The translations under genes were made by a program, and so were the position numbers. 55,590 nucleotides of DNA from Solirubrobacteraceae bacterium. GTDB lineage: Bacteria; Actinomycetota; Thermoleophilia; Solirubrobacterales; Solirubrobacteraceae. Shown here one piece after another: positions 30,357 through 40,121 of the stretch; positions within the stretch are counted from its first letter, which is position 1, and each line of letters begins with the position of its first letter. The stretch covers positions 1 through 55,590 of the forward strand of contig DASZMD010000229.1 of assembly GCA_035551955.1 (NCBI GenBank), given 5' to 3'. The notes beneath the pieces were generated by a model, which was not told the DNA's origin, ran no database searches, and saw only the letters and a list, made by a program, of their open reading frames with translations.

Positions 30357-31484
30357 TTATACCTTCTGCACGCCGACGGCGGTGCTTGTCCCTTCGTACC
30401 GGCTCTTGGTGGTGACGTAGGGCGCGACGGTGCTGGGGGTGACGAACTTCAGCCCGGTATTGACGTCGGCGGTGCCGGTGAGCTTCTGGGAGACGTTGTA
30501 GAGGTAGAGCTCGAGGATCGGGAAGAAGCCCTGAAGGTAGGGCTGCTGGTCGATGGTGAACTGGATGTCACCGGCCTTGAGGAGCTGCTCGGTGATCGGG
30601 GTGAGATCGAAGCCCCCGCCCTTGACACCCTTGGCGTTCAGTCCCTGCCTCTGGATCACCTGGGCCACCGTCTGGGTGCTCCCGCCGTCGACGGCGAACA
30701 GCCCCTTGGTGCTGGGATGGGAGACGGCGTAGGAGTTGATCGTCGTCAGCTCCGCGGGTGTGGCGGCTCCCGAGGCGATCACATGCGGAGTGATCGCGGG
30801 GTGCGCCTTCAGGGTGGCCAGGGCGCCGTTGACCCGTGGCTGGAGGTTGAGCGAACCGGGGGTGGCGATGAAGATGGCGACGTCGCCCGAGGGAACGAGG
30901 GCGACGATGTGATCGCCCATCTGCTGGCCGGCGAGGTACAGGTCCTGGCCGATGTAGGCGAGCCGCGGATTGCCGGGGGCGTCGGCGTTGTAGGCGACCA
31001 CGGGGATCCCCGCCGCCAGGGCCGCCGCCACCGGCTTGTTGAAGGCGGTCGGGTCGATCAGGCTGGTGGCGATCCCGTTGACACCCGAGGTCACCGCGCT
31101 GTTGATGGCGTTGACCATCTCCGAGATGTTGTTCGTCTGCGACCCCGTCCATTGGTAGGAGCAGCCGAGGAGCTTGCAGGCGTCGGCGGCGCCGTTCTGG
31201 GTCGGGGTGAAGAAGACGTTGGTGGTGACGTGGTTGACGATCGTGAACCGGTAGCTCGTGCCCGACCCGAACACGCTCGCGGCCCCGCTGCCGGCCGAGG
31301 CCGATCCCGGCTTGCTGCTCCCGCACGCCTCGAGCACGGCGGCGGCGATCCCCGCCGCGCCTCCCGTCAGCGCCGTGCGGCGCGTCATCTGGCGCCAGCG
31401 CGAGGACGGGGTCTCGTCCTCGTCGCGCTCGTCCCACTCGAGGCGCTCGACGGCGTCACCGATCACGTCGTCAGGATCAATCAT
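30357..31484 (-). CDS. Sugar ABC substrate-binding lipoprotein with a Tat-like signal
   Basis: ATG 31484 with RBS AGGAGAGAAG; TRRTAL...LEAC; GIPVVAYN, GGFD, FTIDQQPYLQG. Confidence 0.92.
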   Translation of the reverse strand: MIDPDDVIGDAVERLEWDERDEDETPSSRWRQMTRRTALTGGAAGIAAAVLEACGSSKPGSASAGSGAASVFGSGTSYRFTIVNHVTTNVFFTPTQNGAADACKLLGCSYQWTGSQTNNISEMVNAINSAVTSGVNGIATSLIDPTAFNKPVAAALAAGIPVVAYNADAPGNPRLAYIGQDLYLAGQQMGDHIVALVPSGDVAIFIATPGSLNLQPRVNGALATLKAHPAITPHVIASGAATPAELTTINSYAVSHPSTKGLFAVDGGSTQTVAQVIQRQGLNAKGVKGGGFDLTPITEQLLKAGDIQFTIDQQPYLQGFFPILELYLYNVSQKLTGTADVNTGLKFVTPSTVAPYVTTKSRYEGTSTAVGVQKV

Positions 31485-31621
31485 CTTCTCTCCTGTCCTA
31501 GGTTCCACGGGACGGTCCCCGGAGGCGTTCCCGGACCGCGTGGCGGCCGCGGCATCCACCAGACTCCAGGCAATGCGAACACCTCCCGTGCCCTAGGCCG
31601 CGTCCCGGACGAGCGCAACGC

Positions 31622-33073
31622 GTGAGGTCCGCTTTCTTCGGCATCGACGTCGGCACCTCCGGGGTCAAGGGCCTGGCGGTCGACGCCGAAGGCCGCGTGC
31701 TCGCGCGCGCGGGGTCCGCGTATCCGCTCTCGGCCCCGCGCGCCGGCTGGGCCGAGCAGGACCCCGAGGACTGGTGGCGGGCCGCCTCGGGCGCGCTGGC
31801 TGAGCTCCGACGCGCGGCAGGCGTGCCGGCGGGGATCGGGCTGAGCGGCCAGATGCACGGCCTGGTGGCGCTCGACGCCTCCGGGCGAGTGCTGCGCCCC
31901 GCCATCCTCTGGAACGACCAGCGGACGGCCGCCGAGTGCGAGGAGATCGAGCAGGCGGTGGGACGCCGGCGCCTGATCGAGCTCACCGGCAACCGCGCGC
32001 TCACGGGCTTCACCGCCCCCAAGCTCCTGTGGCTGCGCCGCCACGAGCCCGGTGTCTACGCGCGGATCGCCCGCATCGCCCTGCCCAAGGACTACGTCCG
32101 CCTGCGACTGTGCGGCGAGCATGCCACCGACGTCTCGGACGCCTCGGGAACGCTGCTCCTCGACGTGGCCGGGCGGCGCTGGAGCGAGGAGGTGCTCGGC
32201 GCGCTGGAGGTGGATCCTTCCTGGCTCCCGCGGGTGCTCGAGAGCCCCTCGGTATCCGGAGCCACGCGTGACGGCGTGCCGGTGGCGGCCGGCGGCGGCG
32301 ACCAGGCGGCGGGGGCGCTCGGCGTCGGAGTCGTCGCGCCCGGCCCCGCGTCCGTGGTCCTGGGGACCTCGGGCGTGGTGTTCGCGGCGCTCGAGCGCTT
32401 CGCGGCCGACCCCGAGGGCCGCGTCCACGCCTTCTGTCACGCGGTCCCCGGGGTCTGGCACGCAATGGGGGTCATGCTCTCGGCCGGGGCGTCGCTGCGC
32501 TGGCTTCGCGAGGTGATGGCGCCGGGAGTGTCCTACGACGAGCTGGTGGCCGAGGCGGCGCGGTGGCCGGCGGGGAGCGACGGGCTCGTGTTCCTCCCCT
32601 ATCTGGCCGGCGAGCGCACCCCCCATGCCGATCCCGACGCGCGTGGGGTCTTCGCCGGGCTCGGCGTGCGCCACGACCGGGGCGCACTCGTGCGCGCGGT
32701 GCTCGAAGGGGTGGCCTTCGGCTTGCGGGACTCGCTGGACCTGGTCAGGGAGCTGGGCACGGTTCGGGGGGCTGGACGCGTCTCGGGGGGCGGCGCCCGC
32801 AGTGATCTGTGGCTCGAGATCGTCGCCTCGGTGCTCGAGACGGCGCTCGAGCGGGTGGCCGTCGACGAGGGCGCCGCCTTCGGGGCGGCCATCCTCGCCG
32901 GGGTGGCGGCGGGGGCGTGGCCCGACGTGGCCACGGGGGTGTCGGCCACGGTGGCCCCGCGCGGGCAGATCGAACCGGTCCCCGAGTGGAGCGAGCGCTA
33001 CGTCGAGGAGCGGGAGCGCTACCGCGCCCTGTATCCGGCGGTGCGGCGTGTCTTCGCGCCGGGGCGGGATTAG
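31622..33073 (+). CDS. xylB: Xylulokinase
   Basis: GIDVGTSGVK, SGQMHG, ILWNDQR, SDASGT, GGGDQ, LPYLAGERTP. Confidence 0.92.
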   Translation: MRSAFFGIDVGTSGVKGLAVDAEGRVLARAGSAYPLSAPRAGWAEQDPEDWWRAASGALAELRRAAGVPAGIGLSGQMHGLVALDASGRVLRPAILWNDQRTAAECEEIEQAVGRRRLIELTGNRALTGFTAPKLLWLRRHEPGVYARIARIALPKDYVRLRLCGEHATDVSDASGTLLLDVAGRRWSEEVLGALEVDPSWLPRVLESPSVSGATRDGVPVAAGGGDQAAGALGVGVVAPGPASVVLGTSGVVFAALERFAADPEGRVHAFCHAVPGVWHAMGVMLSAGASLRWLREVMAPGVSYDELVAEAARWPAGSDGLVFLPYLAGERTPHADPDARGVFAGLGVRHDRGALVRAVLEGVAFGLRDSLDLVRELGTVRGAGRVSGGGARSDLWLEIVASVLETALERVAVDEGAAFGAAILAGVAAGAWPDVATGVSATVAPRGQIEPVPEWSERYVEERERYRALYPAVRRVFAPGRD

Positions 33074-33088
33074 ACTCGGGTGCTGTCC

Positions 33089-33751
33089 ATGCTCGCGCTG
33101 ACGCTGGTGGTCATCTCGATCGCGATCGCCGACTCGGTCAACCCGTCGACGGTCGTGCCGGCGCTCTGGCAGGCGGGCGCGCCCCGCGGCCGCGGCGTGG
33201 CGAGCTTCACGCTCGGGGTGTTCATCGTCTATCTGGCGGCGGGCGTCGCGCTCGCCTTCGGACCGGGACCGGCGCTCCTGCATGCCCTGCGCCACGTCGG
33301 CGGCACCGTCGAGCACACGGTCGAGGCGGTTGGCGGGGTGCTCGCCCTGGCCCTGGCGGTCAGCGTGTGGCGCTCGCGCAACGGCGCCGAGAGCACGACG
33401 CGGCTGCGGCGCTGCCGCACCCGCACCTCGGCCTTCGCCTTCGGGGCGGGGATCATGGCCGTCGAGCTGCCGACCGCCTTCATGTACTTCGGCGCGATCT
33501 CCGCGATCGTCAGCGCCCATCCCGTCCCCGTGGTCGGCCTCTCGCTGCTCATCGCCTACAACGCCCTCTTCGTCACGCCCCTCGTGGCCATCATCGCGGT
33601 CCGGCTGCTGGCCGGGCCCCGCGGCGACCGCTGGCTCGCCGCGGGCGAGCGCTGGCTACGCGGCGCCGGGCGACTCGCCTTCGCGGCGGTGGCCGGCGCT
33701 GCGGGCATCGTCCTCATCGCGCTCGGGGTCGGCGGCCTCGTCGCGGCTTGA
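33089..33751 (+). CDS. GAP/Sap family (LysE-like) membrane protein
   Basis: ADSVNP, ELPTAFMYF, YNALFVTPL; about 6 TM helices. Confidence 0.75.
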   Translation: MLALTLVVISIAIADSVNPSTVVPALWQAGAPRGRGVASFTLGVFIVYLAAGVALAFGPGPALLHALRHVGGTVEHTVEAVGGVLALALAVSVWRSRNGAESTTRLRRCRTRTSAFAFGAGIMAVELPTAFMYFGAISAIVSAHPVPVVGLSLLIAYNALFVTPLVAIIAVRLLAGPRGDRWLAAGERWLRGAGRLAFAAVAGAAGIVLIALGVGGLVAA

Positions 33752-33756
33752 CCCGG

Positions 33757-34728
33757 GTGCGGGGTCCGGCGAGGGCGGTCAAGTGGGGAATCATCTCCAC
33801 GGCGGGCATCAACCGCCTGTTCCTGACCGGAGCGCGCCAGTCCCGCGACCTCGAGGTCATCGCCGTCGCCAGCCGCTCGCCCGACGCCGCCGAGCGCTAC
33901 GCACGCGAGCACCGGATCGCGCGGGCCCACGGGAGCTACGAGGCTCTGCTCGCCGACCCCGAGGTCGAGGTCGTCTACATCTCGCTCCCCAACGCGCTGC
34001 ACCTCGAGTGGACGGTGCGCGCGCTGCAGGCGGGCAAGCACGTGCTGTGCGAGAAGCCCCTCGGGCGCCGGGCCGCCGAAGTCGAGGCCGCCTTCGACGT
34101 CGCCGAGCGCCAGGGCCGGGTCCTCATGGAGGCGTTCATGTACCGCCACAACCCCCAGACGCACCGGCTCCTCGAGCTCGTGGCGTCCGGCATCGTGGGC
34201 CGTGTCAGGCTCATCCGCTCCGCCTTCAGCTTCCACGCCCGCGACGCCGGGAACGCGCGCTTGAGCGCCGGACTCGACGGCGGCGCCCTGATGGACCTCG
34301 GGTGCTACTGCGTGAATGCGTCACGGCTGCTCGGCGGCGAGCCCGAGCGCGTGAGTGCCGAGCAGGTGCTCGGAGGCGACGGCGTCGACGTGGTGTTCGC
34401 GGCGACCATGGGCCTGGAGGACGACGTGCTCGCCGTGTTCGACTGCGGGCTGGCCCTCGACCCCCGCGACGAGTTCGAAGTGGTCGGCGAGGAGGGCTCG
34501 CTCTTCCTCGGTGACCCGTGGCACTGCCGCAAGCCGGTGATCGAGGTGCGGCACGGTGAGGGGGTGAACCGGGTGAAGGTCCCCGTCGTCAACTCGTACC
34601 GCCTCGAGGCCGAGAACATGAGCGCGGCGGTTCGCGGCGAGGCCGAGCCGCTGCTCGGGCGGGAGGATGCGGTGGGGCAGGCGCTGGTCATCGAGGCGCT
34701 TTATCGGGCGGCGGCGCCCCCACCCTGA
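33757..34728 (+). CDS. Gfo/Idh/MocA oxidoreductase (xylose/aldose dehydrogenase-like)
   Basis: WGIISTAGI, VYISLPNALH, KHVLCEKP, EAFMYRH, GGALMDLGCY. The real start is probably GTG 33757 within the track ORF. Confidence 0.9.
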   Translation: MRGPARAVKWGIISTAGINRLFLTGARQSRDLEVIAVASRSPDAAERYAREHRIARAHGSYEALLADPEVEVVYISLPNALHLEWTVRALQAGKHVLCEKPLGRRAAEVEAAFDVAERQGRVLMEAFMYRHNPQTHRLLELVASGIVGRVRLIRSAFSFHARDAGNARLSAGLDGGALMDLGCYCVNASRLLGGEPERVSAEQVLGGDGVDVVFAATMGLEDDVLAVFDCGLALDPRDEFEVVGEEGSLFLGDPWHCRKPVIEVRHGEGVNRVKVPVVNSYRLEAENMSAAVRGEAEPLLGREDAVGQALVIEALYRAAAPPP

Positions 34729-34745
34729 AATACTCACCCACGCCC

Positions 34746-35798
34746 GTGCCCTTCAACGCCTCCCTCGCCCCCACCCGCTACCTCGCGGACCCCAACCGCT
34801 ACGAGCACATGGCCTACCGCCGCTGCGGTCGCAGTGGCGTCAAGCTTCCGGCCATCTCGCTCGGGCTGTGGCAGAACTTCGGTGACGACCGGCCGTTGGC
34901 CACCAGCCGGGCGATCCTCAGGCGGGCGTTCGATCGGGGCATCACGCACTTCGACCTGGCCAACAACTACGGGCCCCCGTACGGGTCGGCGGAGATCAAC
35001 TTCGGGCGGGTGATGGCCGAGGATCTGCGCCCGTACCGGGATGAGCTGGTGATCTCGACGAAGGCCGGCTATGACATGTGGCCGGGGCCGTATGGGGAGT
35101 GGGGCTCGCGGAAGTACCTGCTCTCCTCGCTCGAGCAGAGCCTGGAGCGCATGCGGCTCGAGTACGTCGACATCTTCTACTCGCACCGCTTCGATCCCGA
35201 GACGCCGCTGGAGGAGACGATGGGTGCGCTGGCCACGGCCGTGCACGAGGGCAAGGCGCTCTATGTCGGCGTCTCGTCTTACTCGCCCGAGCACACCGAG
35301 GAGGCGGCGAACCTCCTCAAGGGGATGGGGATCCGGCCGCTGATCCACCAGCCGTCGTACTCGATGTTCAACCGGTGGATCGAGGAGGGCCTGCTCGACG
35401 TGCTCGAGCGGGAGGGCATGGGGGCGATCGTGTTCTCGCCCCTGGCCCAGGGCATGCTCACCGACCGCTACCTGGACGGCATCCCCGAGGACTCGCGCGT
35501 GAGGCGCGGCAACTATCTCGACCGCAAGATGATCAGCGAGGAGAACCTGGCGCGGGTGCGGTCGCTGAATGAGATCGCCAAGCGGCGCGGACAGACGCTC
35601 GCCCAGCTGGCGATCGCGTGGGTGCTACGCGATCCCCGTGTCACCTCGGCGCTGATCGGGGCGAGCAGCGTCGAGCAGCTCGATCAGAACCTGGGCGCGC
35701 TCGAGCGACTCGAGTTCGATCCCGCCGAGCTCGAGGAGATCGCCTCCTATGCCCAGGAGGGCGGTATCAACATCTGGGCCGACTCGAGCAGAACCTGA
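34746..35798 (+). CDS. Aldo/keto reductase (YghZ/Gpr L-glyceraldehyde-3-phosphate reductase-like)
   Basis: LGLWQNFG, HFDLANNYGPPYGSAE, STKAGYDMWPGPYG, IHQPSYSM. Confidence 0.93.
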   Translation: MPFNASLAPTRYLADPNRYEHMAYRRCGRSGVKLPAISLGLWQNFGDDRPLATSRAILRRAFDRGITHFDLANNYGPPYGSAEINFGRVMAEDLRPYRDELVISTKAGYDMWPGPYGEWGSRKYLLSSLEQSLERMRLEYVDIFYSHRFDPETPLEETMGALATAVHEGKALYVGVSSYSPEHTEEAANLLKGMGIRPLIHQPSYSMFNRWIEEGLLDVLEREGMGAIVFSPLAQGMLTDRYLDGIPEDSRVRRGNYLDRKMISEENLARVRSLNEIAKRRGQTLAQLAIAWVLRDPRVTSALIGASSVEQLDQNLGALERLEFDPAELEEIASYAQEGGINIWADSSRT

Positions 35799-35811
35799 CC
35801 GCGGGCGGCGT

Positions 35812-36462
35812 TCAGACGAGGTTGTGCTCGCGGGCGTAGCTGACGAGCTCGGCTCGCGTCGTCCGGCTCGTCTTCTGCTGGATGTGGGCCCGGTGGGACT
35901 CGATGGTGCGGACGCTGAGGTAGAGCTGGGCGGCGATCTCGCTGTTGCTGTGGCCGCCGGCGATCAGGCGCAGAACTTCGACCTCGCGCTCGGTGAGCCC
36001 GCCGGGGGGACCGGAACCCCGGGCCGGGGCGGCGGCGATCCGGGCGCCGAGCTCGGGGTTCAAATAGGTCCGGCCCTCGGCGGCGAGACGGATCGCGTGC
36101 ACGAGCTCGGTGTCGGCCTCCTCCTTGAGGACGTAGCCGACGGCGCCGAGACGGAAGGCCTCCCGGGCGAACTCGGGATCCTCCTCCATCGTGAGCACGA
36201 CGATCGACGTCGTCGGTGCCGACTGGCGGATGCGGGGGATGGCGGGCAGGCTCTCCTCGCCGGGCATGTTGAGGTCGAGGACGAGCACCGTCGGGCGGTA
36301 TCCGAGGACCCGGCGCAGCGTCGTCTCGATGTCACCCGCCTCGGCGACGACCTCGATGCCCTCCTCGGCGTCCAGGAGCAGGCGCAGGCCGGCCCGCACG
36401 ACCTGGTGGTCATCGGCCAGCACGACGGTGGTCGTCCCCTGATGCCGCGTCTGGGCGTCCAT
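35812..36462 (-). CDS. NarL/LuxR response regulator
   Basis: Receiver plus LTEREVEVL...LSVRTIESHR helix-turn-helix. Confidence 0.95.
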   Translation of the reverse strand: MDAQTRHQGTTTVVLADDHQVVRAGLRLLLDAEEGIEVVAEAGDIETTLRRVLGYRPTVLVLDLNMPGEESLPAIPRIRQSAPTTSIVVLTMEEDPEFAREAFRLGAVGYVLKEEADTELVHAIRLAAEGRTYLNPELGARIAAAPARGSGPPGGLTEREVEVLRLIAGGHSNSEIAAQLYLSVRTIESHRAHIQQKTSRTTRAELVSYAREHNLV

Positions 36463-36535
36463 CGCGGGTTACTGTAACCGCCGCGACTAGTGTCGTGTTT
36501 GGCGAATTCGATGCAGGATGTTGGCCAACGCGACA

Positions 36536-37567
36536 CTAGAAGTCGAGCGTCCAATGATGACCGATGTGGGCGGCGGCGCGGGGCGTATAGAACCGATCGG
36601 GGGCGATCGACTCGCTCACGCCGTCCCCGGCCAGCGCGGCGAGCGTCGCCACCACGCACTCGGCGAGTGCCTCAGGGTGGTAACCACCCTCGAGCACGGC
36701 GCCGATGGGCGCGCCGAGATCCTCGGCGAGGTCGCGCACCTGGCAGGCCATCTGGGCGAAGTCCTCGGTCTCGAGCCGGCATCCGCCGACGGGATCGAGC
36801 CGGTGGGCATCGAAGCCGGCGGAGATGAGCACGACGTCGGGCGCGAACTCGCGCGCGGCGGGCAGGGCAACGTGCTCGAGCAGGGACAGCCACAGGCGGC
36901 CTTCGCTACCCGCGGGGACGGGGAGGTTGATGGTGAACCCGGCGCCCGCGCCCGAGCCGCTCTCGGTGAGCGTGCCGGTGCCGGGATAGATGCCGCATTG
37001 GTGGATGCCGACGACGAGGACGTCGTCGCGCTCGCGGAAGATCTCGGCCGTTCCGTCGCCATGGTGGACGTCCCAGTCGAGGACGAGCACCCGTCCGACC
37101 CCGAGCTCGGAGATGGCGAGCTCGGCCGCGATGGCGACGTTGTTGAGCAGGCAGAATCCCGCCGCGCGGTCGCGGTGAGCGTGGTGCCCGCTGGGGCGCA
37201 CGCCCGCGAAGGCAGTCCGCGATTCGCCCGCCACGAGCGCTCTGACCATGGCGCAGGCGGCGCCGGCGGCGTGAAGTGCGGCCGGCCACGAGGCCGCGCC
37301 GAGGAAGGTGGCTGCGTCGATCTCCCCTCCCCCCCGCGAGTCGAGTTCGCGCAGGTACTCGATCAGGCGCGCGGAGTGCACGGCAAGCACCGCATCGTCA
37401 CCCGCCGCGCCGGCGGTCCGGAGCTCGAAGCCGAGCCAGCCCTCCATCGCCATCGCCCAATCCACCATGGCGATCCGCTCCGGGCTGTCGGGATGCTCGG
37501 GGAGCTGCTCGCGAGGGTCGTGGTCGAGCGACGTCGGGTGATGGAAGTACAGGCCGGGAGAAACCAT
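36536..37567 (-). CDS. Histone deacetylase-family (AcuC-like) deacylase
   Basis: HPDSPERI, RPSGHHA, GFCLLNN, DWDVHHGDG, SAGFDAH, LEGGY. Confidence 0.93.
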   Translation of the reverse strand: MVSPGLYFHHPTSLDHDPREQLPEHPDSPERIAMVDWAMAMEGWLGFELRTAGAAGDDAVLAVHSARLIEYLRELDSRGGGEIDAATFLGAASWPAALHAAGAACAMVRALVAGESRTAFAGVRPSGHHAHRDRAAGFCLLNNVAIAAELAISELGVGRVLVLDWDVHHGDGTAEIFRERDDVLVVGIHQCGIYPGTGTLTESGSGAGAGFTINLPVPAGSEGRLWLSLLEHVALPAAREFAPDVVLISAGFDAHRLDPVGGCRLETEDFAQMACQVRDLAEDLGAPIGAVLEGGYHPEALAECVVATLAALAGDGVSESIAPDRFYTPRAAAHIGHHWTLDF

Positions 37568-37660
37568 CGTCGCGGCCGTGACGTTACGACCGGATCCGGC
37601 GGCAGTGCTACGGAGTCCCAATCACGGGTGATCACTATGTCGACAGCGTAAGAACCTCTC

Positions 37661-37687
37661 TAGGGATACCGCCCGGCGAGCCGATAT
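37661..37687 (+). promoter_or_regulatory. Sigma-28 (FliA/WhiG)-like promoter, leaderless
   Basis: TAGG-N15-GCCGATAT ending 7 nt before GTG 37695. Confidence 0.55.
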
Positions 37688-37694
37688 TGGTCTT

Positions 37695-38597
37695 GTGACG
37701 CAAGAAACCGCTCCCGAGGCCCCGCGCACCGGCTCTCCCATCGCCAGCATCACCACGCTGCGGCTCGAGGACGGCCGGGCCCTGTGCGTGCGCCGCTGGC
37801 CCGGCGTCGGGGATCCGGTCGTGCTCCTCCACGGCCTGCTCGATTCCTCGGAGGGCTGGAACCACCTGGCCGAGCTCCCGTGTGAGCGGATCGCCTTCGA
37901 CCTGCCGGGCTTCGGCCACTCCGATCCGCCCGCGCGAGGCTCGCTGGCGGGCTACGCGCGCGACATCGCCGCCGGCCTCGAGATGCTCGGCGTAGAGCGC
38001 TTCAACCTCGTTGGCCACTCGCTCGGGGGCGGAATCGCCGCCGCGCTGGCCGAGATGATGCCCGAGCGGGTGGGCGCCGTCGTCCTCCTCGCCCCCGTGG
38101 GCTTCGGCCGCATCCACCTGGCCGAGGCGGCCTCGCTGCCGGTACTGCGGAACCTCGTGCAGGGAGCGCTGCCCCTCGCCCTGTCCAGCCGCCTGGCGGT
38201 CACGGCCGCGTACATGACGATGGTCTCCAACGGACTCGTCCCCGAGCGCGCGATCGTCGACCGGGTCACCGGCCGCGCCGGCAAGCTCGTGGCGGGCGCC
38301 CGCGAGGGCACGCGCGCCGCCGCCGAGGCGGGCCGAGCGCCGGACGCCTTCCACCGTCGCGGGATCGCCTACGACGGCCCCGTGTTCGCGATCTGGGGCG
38401 ATCAGGACCGGCTCGTCCCGAGCTCACACCGAGCCGGCGTGCTGGCGGCGCTGCCCCAGGCCCACGTCGACGTGTGGAGCGGGATGGGCCACCACCCCAT
38501 CCACGCGCGCGTCGAGGAATTGATCGCGCTGATCGAGCGCGCCGCCCGCGCGGCCGAGTGCCGCCCCCGGCGCGGCCTGCTCCCCCGCGTCGCCTAG
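37695..38597 (+). CDS. Alpha/beta hydrolase
   Basis: LLHG, DLPGFG, GHSLGG, WGDQD, GMGHH. Confidence 0.92.
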   Translation: MTQETAPEAPRTGSPIASITTLRLEDGRALCVRRWPGVGDPVVLLHGLLDSSEGWNHLAELPCERIAFDLPGFGHSDPPARGSLAGYARDIAAGLEMLGVERFNLVGHSLGGGIAAALAEMMPERVGAVVLLAPVGFGRIHLAEAASLPVLRNLVQGALPLALSSRLAVTAAYMTMVSNGLVPERAIVDRVTGRAGKLVAGAREGTRAAAEAGRAPDAFHRRGIAYDGPVFAIWGDQDRLVPSSHRAGVLAALPQAHVDVWSGMGHHPIHARVEELIALIERAARAAECRPRRGLLPRVA

Positions 38598-39061
38598 CCG
38601 CCCGGGCGACCGCCGACGGCGAGGCTGCGGTTCTTGTAGGCGTCGTCCTCGGTGACCTCCTCGCCGAACCACGGCGGCGGGACGAAGCGATCGGCCGCCT
38701 CGGGCGAGGGAAACTCGACCTCGGCGGTGACGAGCCCGTCGAGGCGCCCCCTGTAGACGTCGAGCTCGATCGTCAATCCGTCCTGCGCGGGGAGCCGGTA
38801 GCGGGTCTTCTCGACCGTCCGCCCGCCGCTGAGCTCCCACAGCTCCCCGAACACGCGGGGATCGATCACGAGCTCCACCTCGGCGCGGGCGCGCCCGCGG
38901 CCGCCCTTGACGGTGAGCGTCGTGTCGTCGCCGCGGCGACGAACCCTGACCTCCGTTCCGGCAGGGTCGATGGCCACGTAGGCCTGCTCGATCGCCGAGT
39001 TCGGGAAATCCGCGAGGTCCGGGGGCGGCTCCGGGATCAGGAACTTGCGCTCGATCTCCAT
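38594..39061 (-). CDS. CYTH domain protein
   Basis: MEIERKF, VRVR, LTVKG, EKTRY, AEVEF, YKN. Confidence 0.92.
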   Translation of the reverse strand: MEIERKFLIPEPPPDLADFPNSAIEQAYVAIDPAGTEVRVRRRGDDTTLTVKGGRGRARAEVELVIDPRVFGELWELSGGRTVEKTRYRLPAQDGLTIELDVYRGRLDGLVTAEVEFPSPEAADRFVPPPWFGEEVTEDDAYKNRSLAVGGRPGG

Positions 39062-39081
39062 ATCCGTATACACATAGCGCA

Positions 39082-40038
39082 GTGCGCGCGATCGTGTTCG
39101 AAGCGGTCGGACAGCCGCTGCGGCTGGTCGAGCGGCCCGTCCCCACCCCCGAGCCCGGGCAAGTCCTGCTGCGGGTGCGCGCATGCGGGATCTGCCGCAC
39201 CGATCTCCACCTGCTCGACGGGGAGGTCGATATCCCCGACCCGCCGCGGGTGCTCGGGCATCAGATCGTCGGCGAGGTGCAGCCGGGGGGACGCCGGGTC
39301 GGCGTGCCGTGGCTCGGGTGGACCTGCGGGGTGTGCCGCTACTGCCGCGCCGGGCAGGAGAACCTGTGCGTGCGCGCGCGCTTCACGGGCCGCGACATCG
39401 ACGGCGGATTCGCCGAGTACGCGGTGGCCGACGAGCGCTTCTGCTTTCCCATCCCCGACGGCTATCCCGACGTCCAGGCCGCGCCGCTCCTGTGCGCCGG
39501 GCTGATCGGCTACCGCTCGCTGCGGATGTGCGGCGACGCGCCCCGGATCGGGTTCTACGGCTTCGGCGCCGCCGCGCACATCCTCACCCAAGTCGCCGAC
39601 TGGCAGGATCGCGAGGTGCTGGCCTTCACCCGCCCGGGCGACGAAGCCGGGCAGGCGTTCGCGCGCGAGATGGGCGCGAGCTGGGCGGGCGGCTCAGACG
39701 AGATCCCGGCCGAGCCGCTCGACGCCGCGATCATCTTCGCTCCCGACGGCGCACTCGTGCCCGCCGCGCTGCGAGCGGTGCGGCCAGGCGGCGTGGTGGT
39801 GTGCGGGGGCATCCACATGAGCGACATCCCCTCGTTCCCCTACGAGATCCTCTGGGGCGAGCGCACCCTTCGCTCGGTGGCGAACCTGACGCGTCGCGAC
39901 GGCCACGAGTTCCTCGAGCTCGCCCCGGAGGTTCCCGTGCGCACCCACGTCACCGAGTACCCCCTCGCCGACGCCGAGCATGCCCTCCACGATCTCCGCG
40001 CCGGGCGGTTCCACGGCGCCGCCGTCGTCGTGCCGTAG
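39082..40038 (+). CDS. Zinc-dependent alcohol dehydrogenase
   Basis: CGICRTDLH, GHQ, CGVCRYC...NLC, GFYGFG. Confidence 0.95.
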   Translation: MRAIVFEAVGQPLRLVERPVPTPEPGQVLLRVRACGICRTDLHLLDGEVDIPDPPRVLGHQIVGEVQPGGRRVGVPWLGWTCGVCRYCRAGQENLCVRARFTGRDIDGGFAEYAVADERFCFPIPDGYPDVQAAPLLCAGLIGYRSLRMCGDAPRIGFYGFGAAAHILTQVADWQDREVLAFTRPGDEAGQAFAREMGASWAGGSDEIPAEPLDAAIIFAPDGALVPAALRAVRPGGVVVCGGIHMSDIPSFPYEILWGERTLRSVANLTRRDGHEFLELAPEVPVRTHVTEYPLADAEHALHDLRAGRFHGAAVVVP

Positions 40039-40121
40039 GCCCAACACTCCGCGCGAACTACTGACGCACTCGGGGGAGGTCCCCGGATGCCAAGCGCATC
40101 GTCCCGGGCTAAGGTCGTATC

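Noticed and set aside
36536-39061. HDAC, hydrolase and CYTH genes as a defence or signalling module
   Set aside because: They have mixed orientations and are ordinary housekeeping families with no sign of co-transcription.
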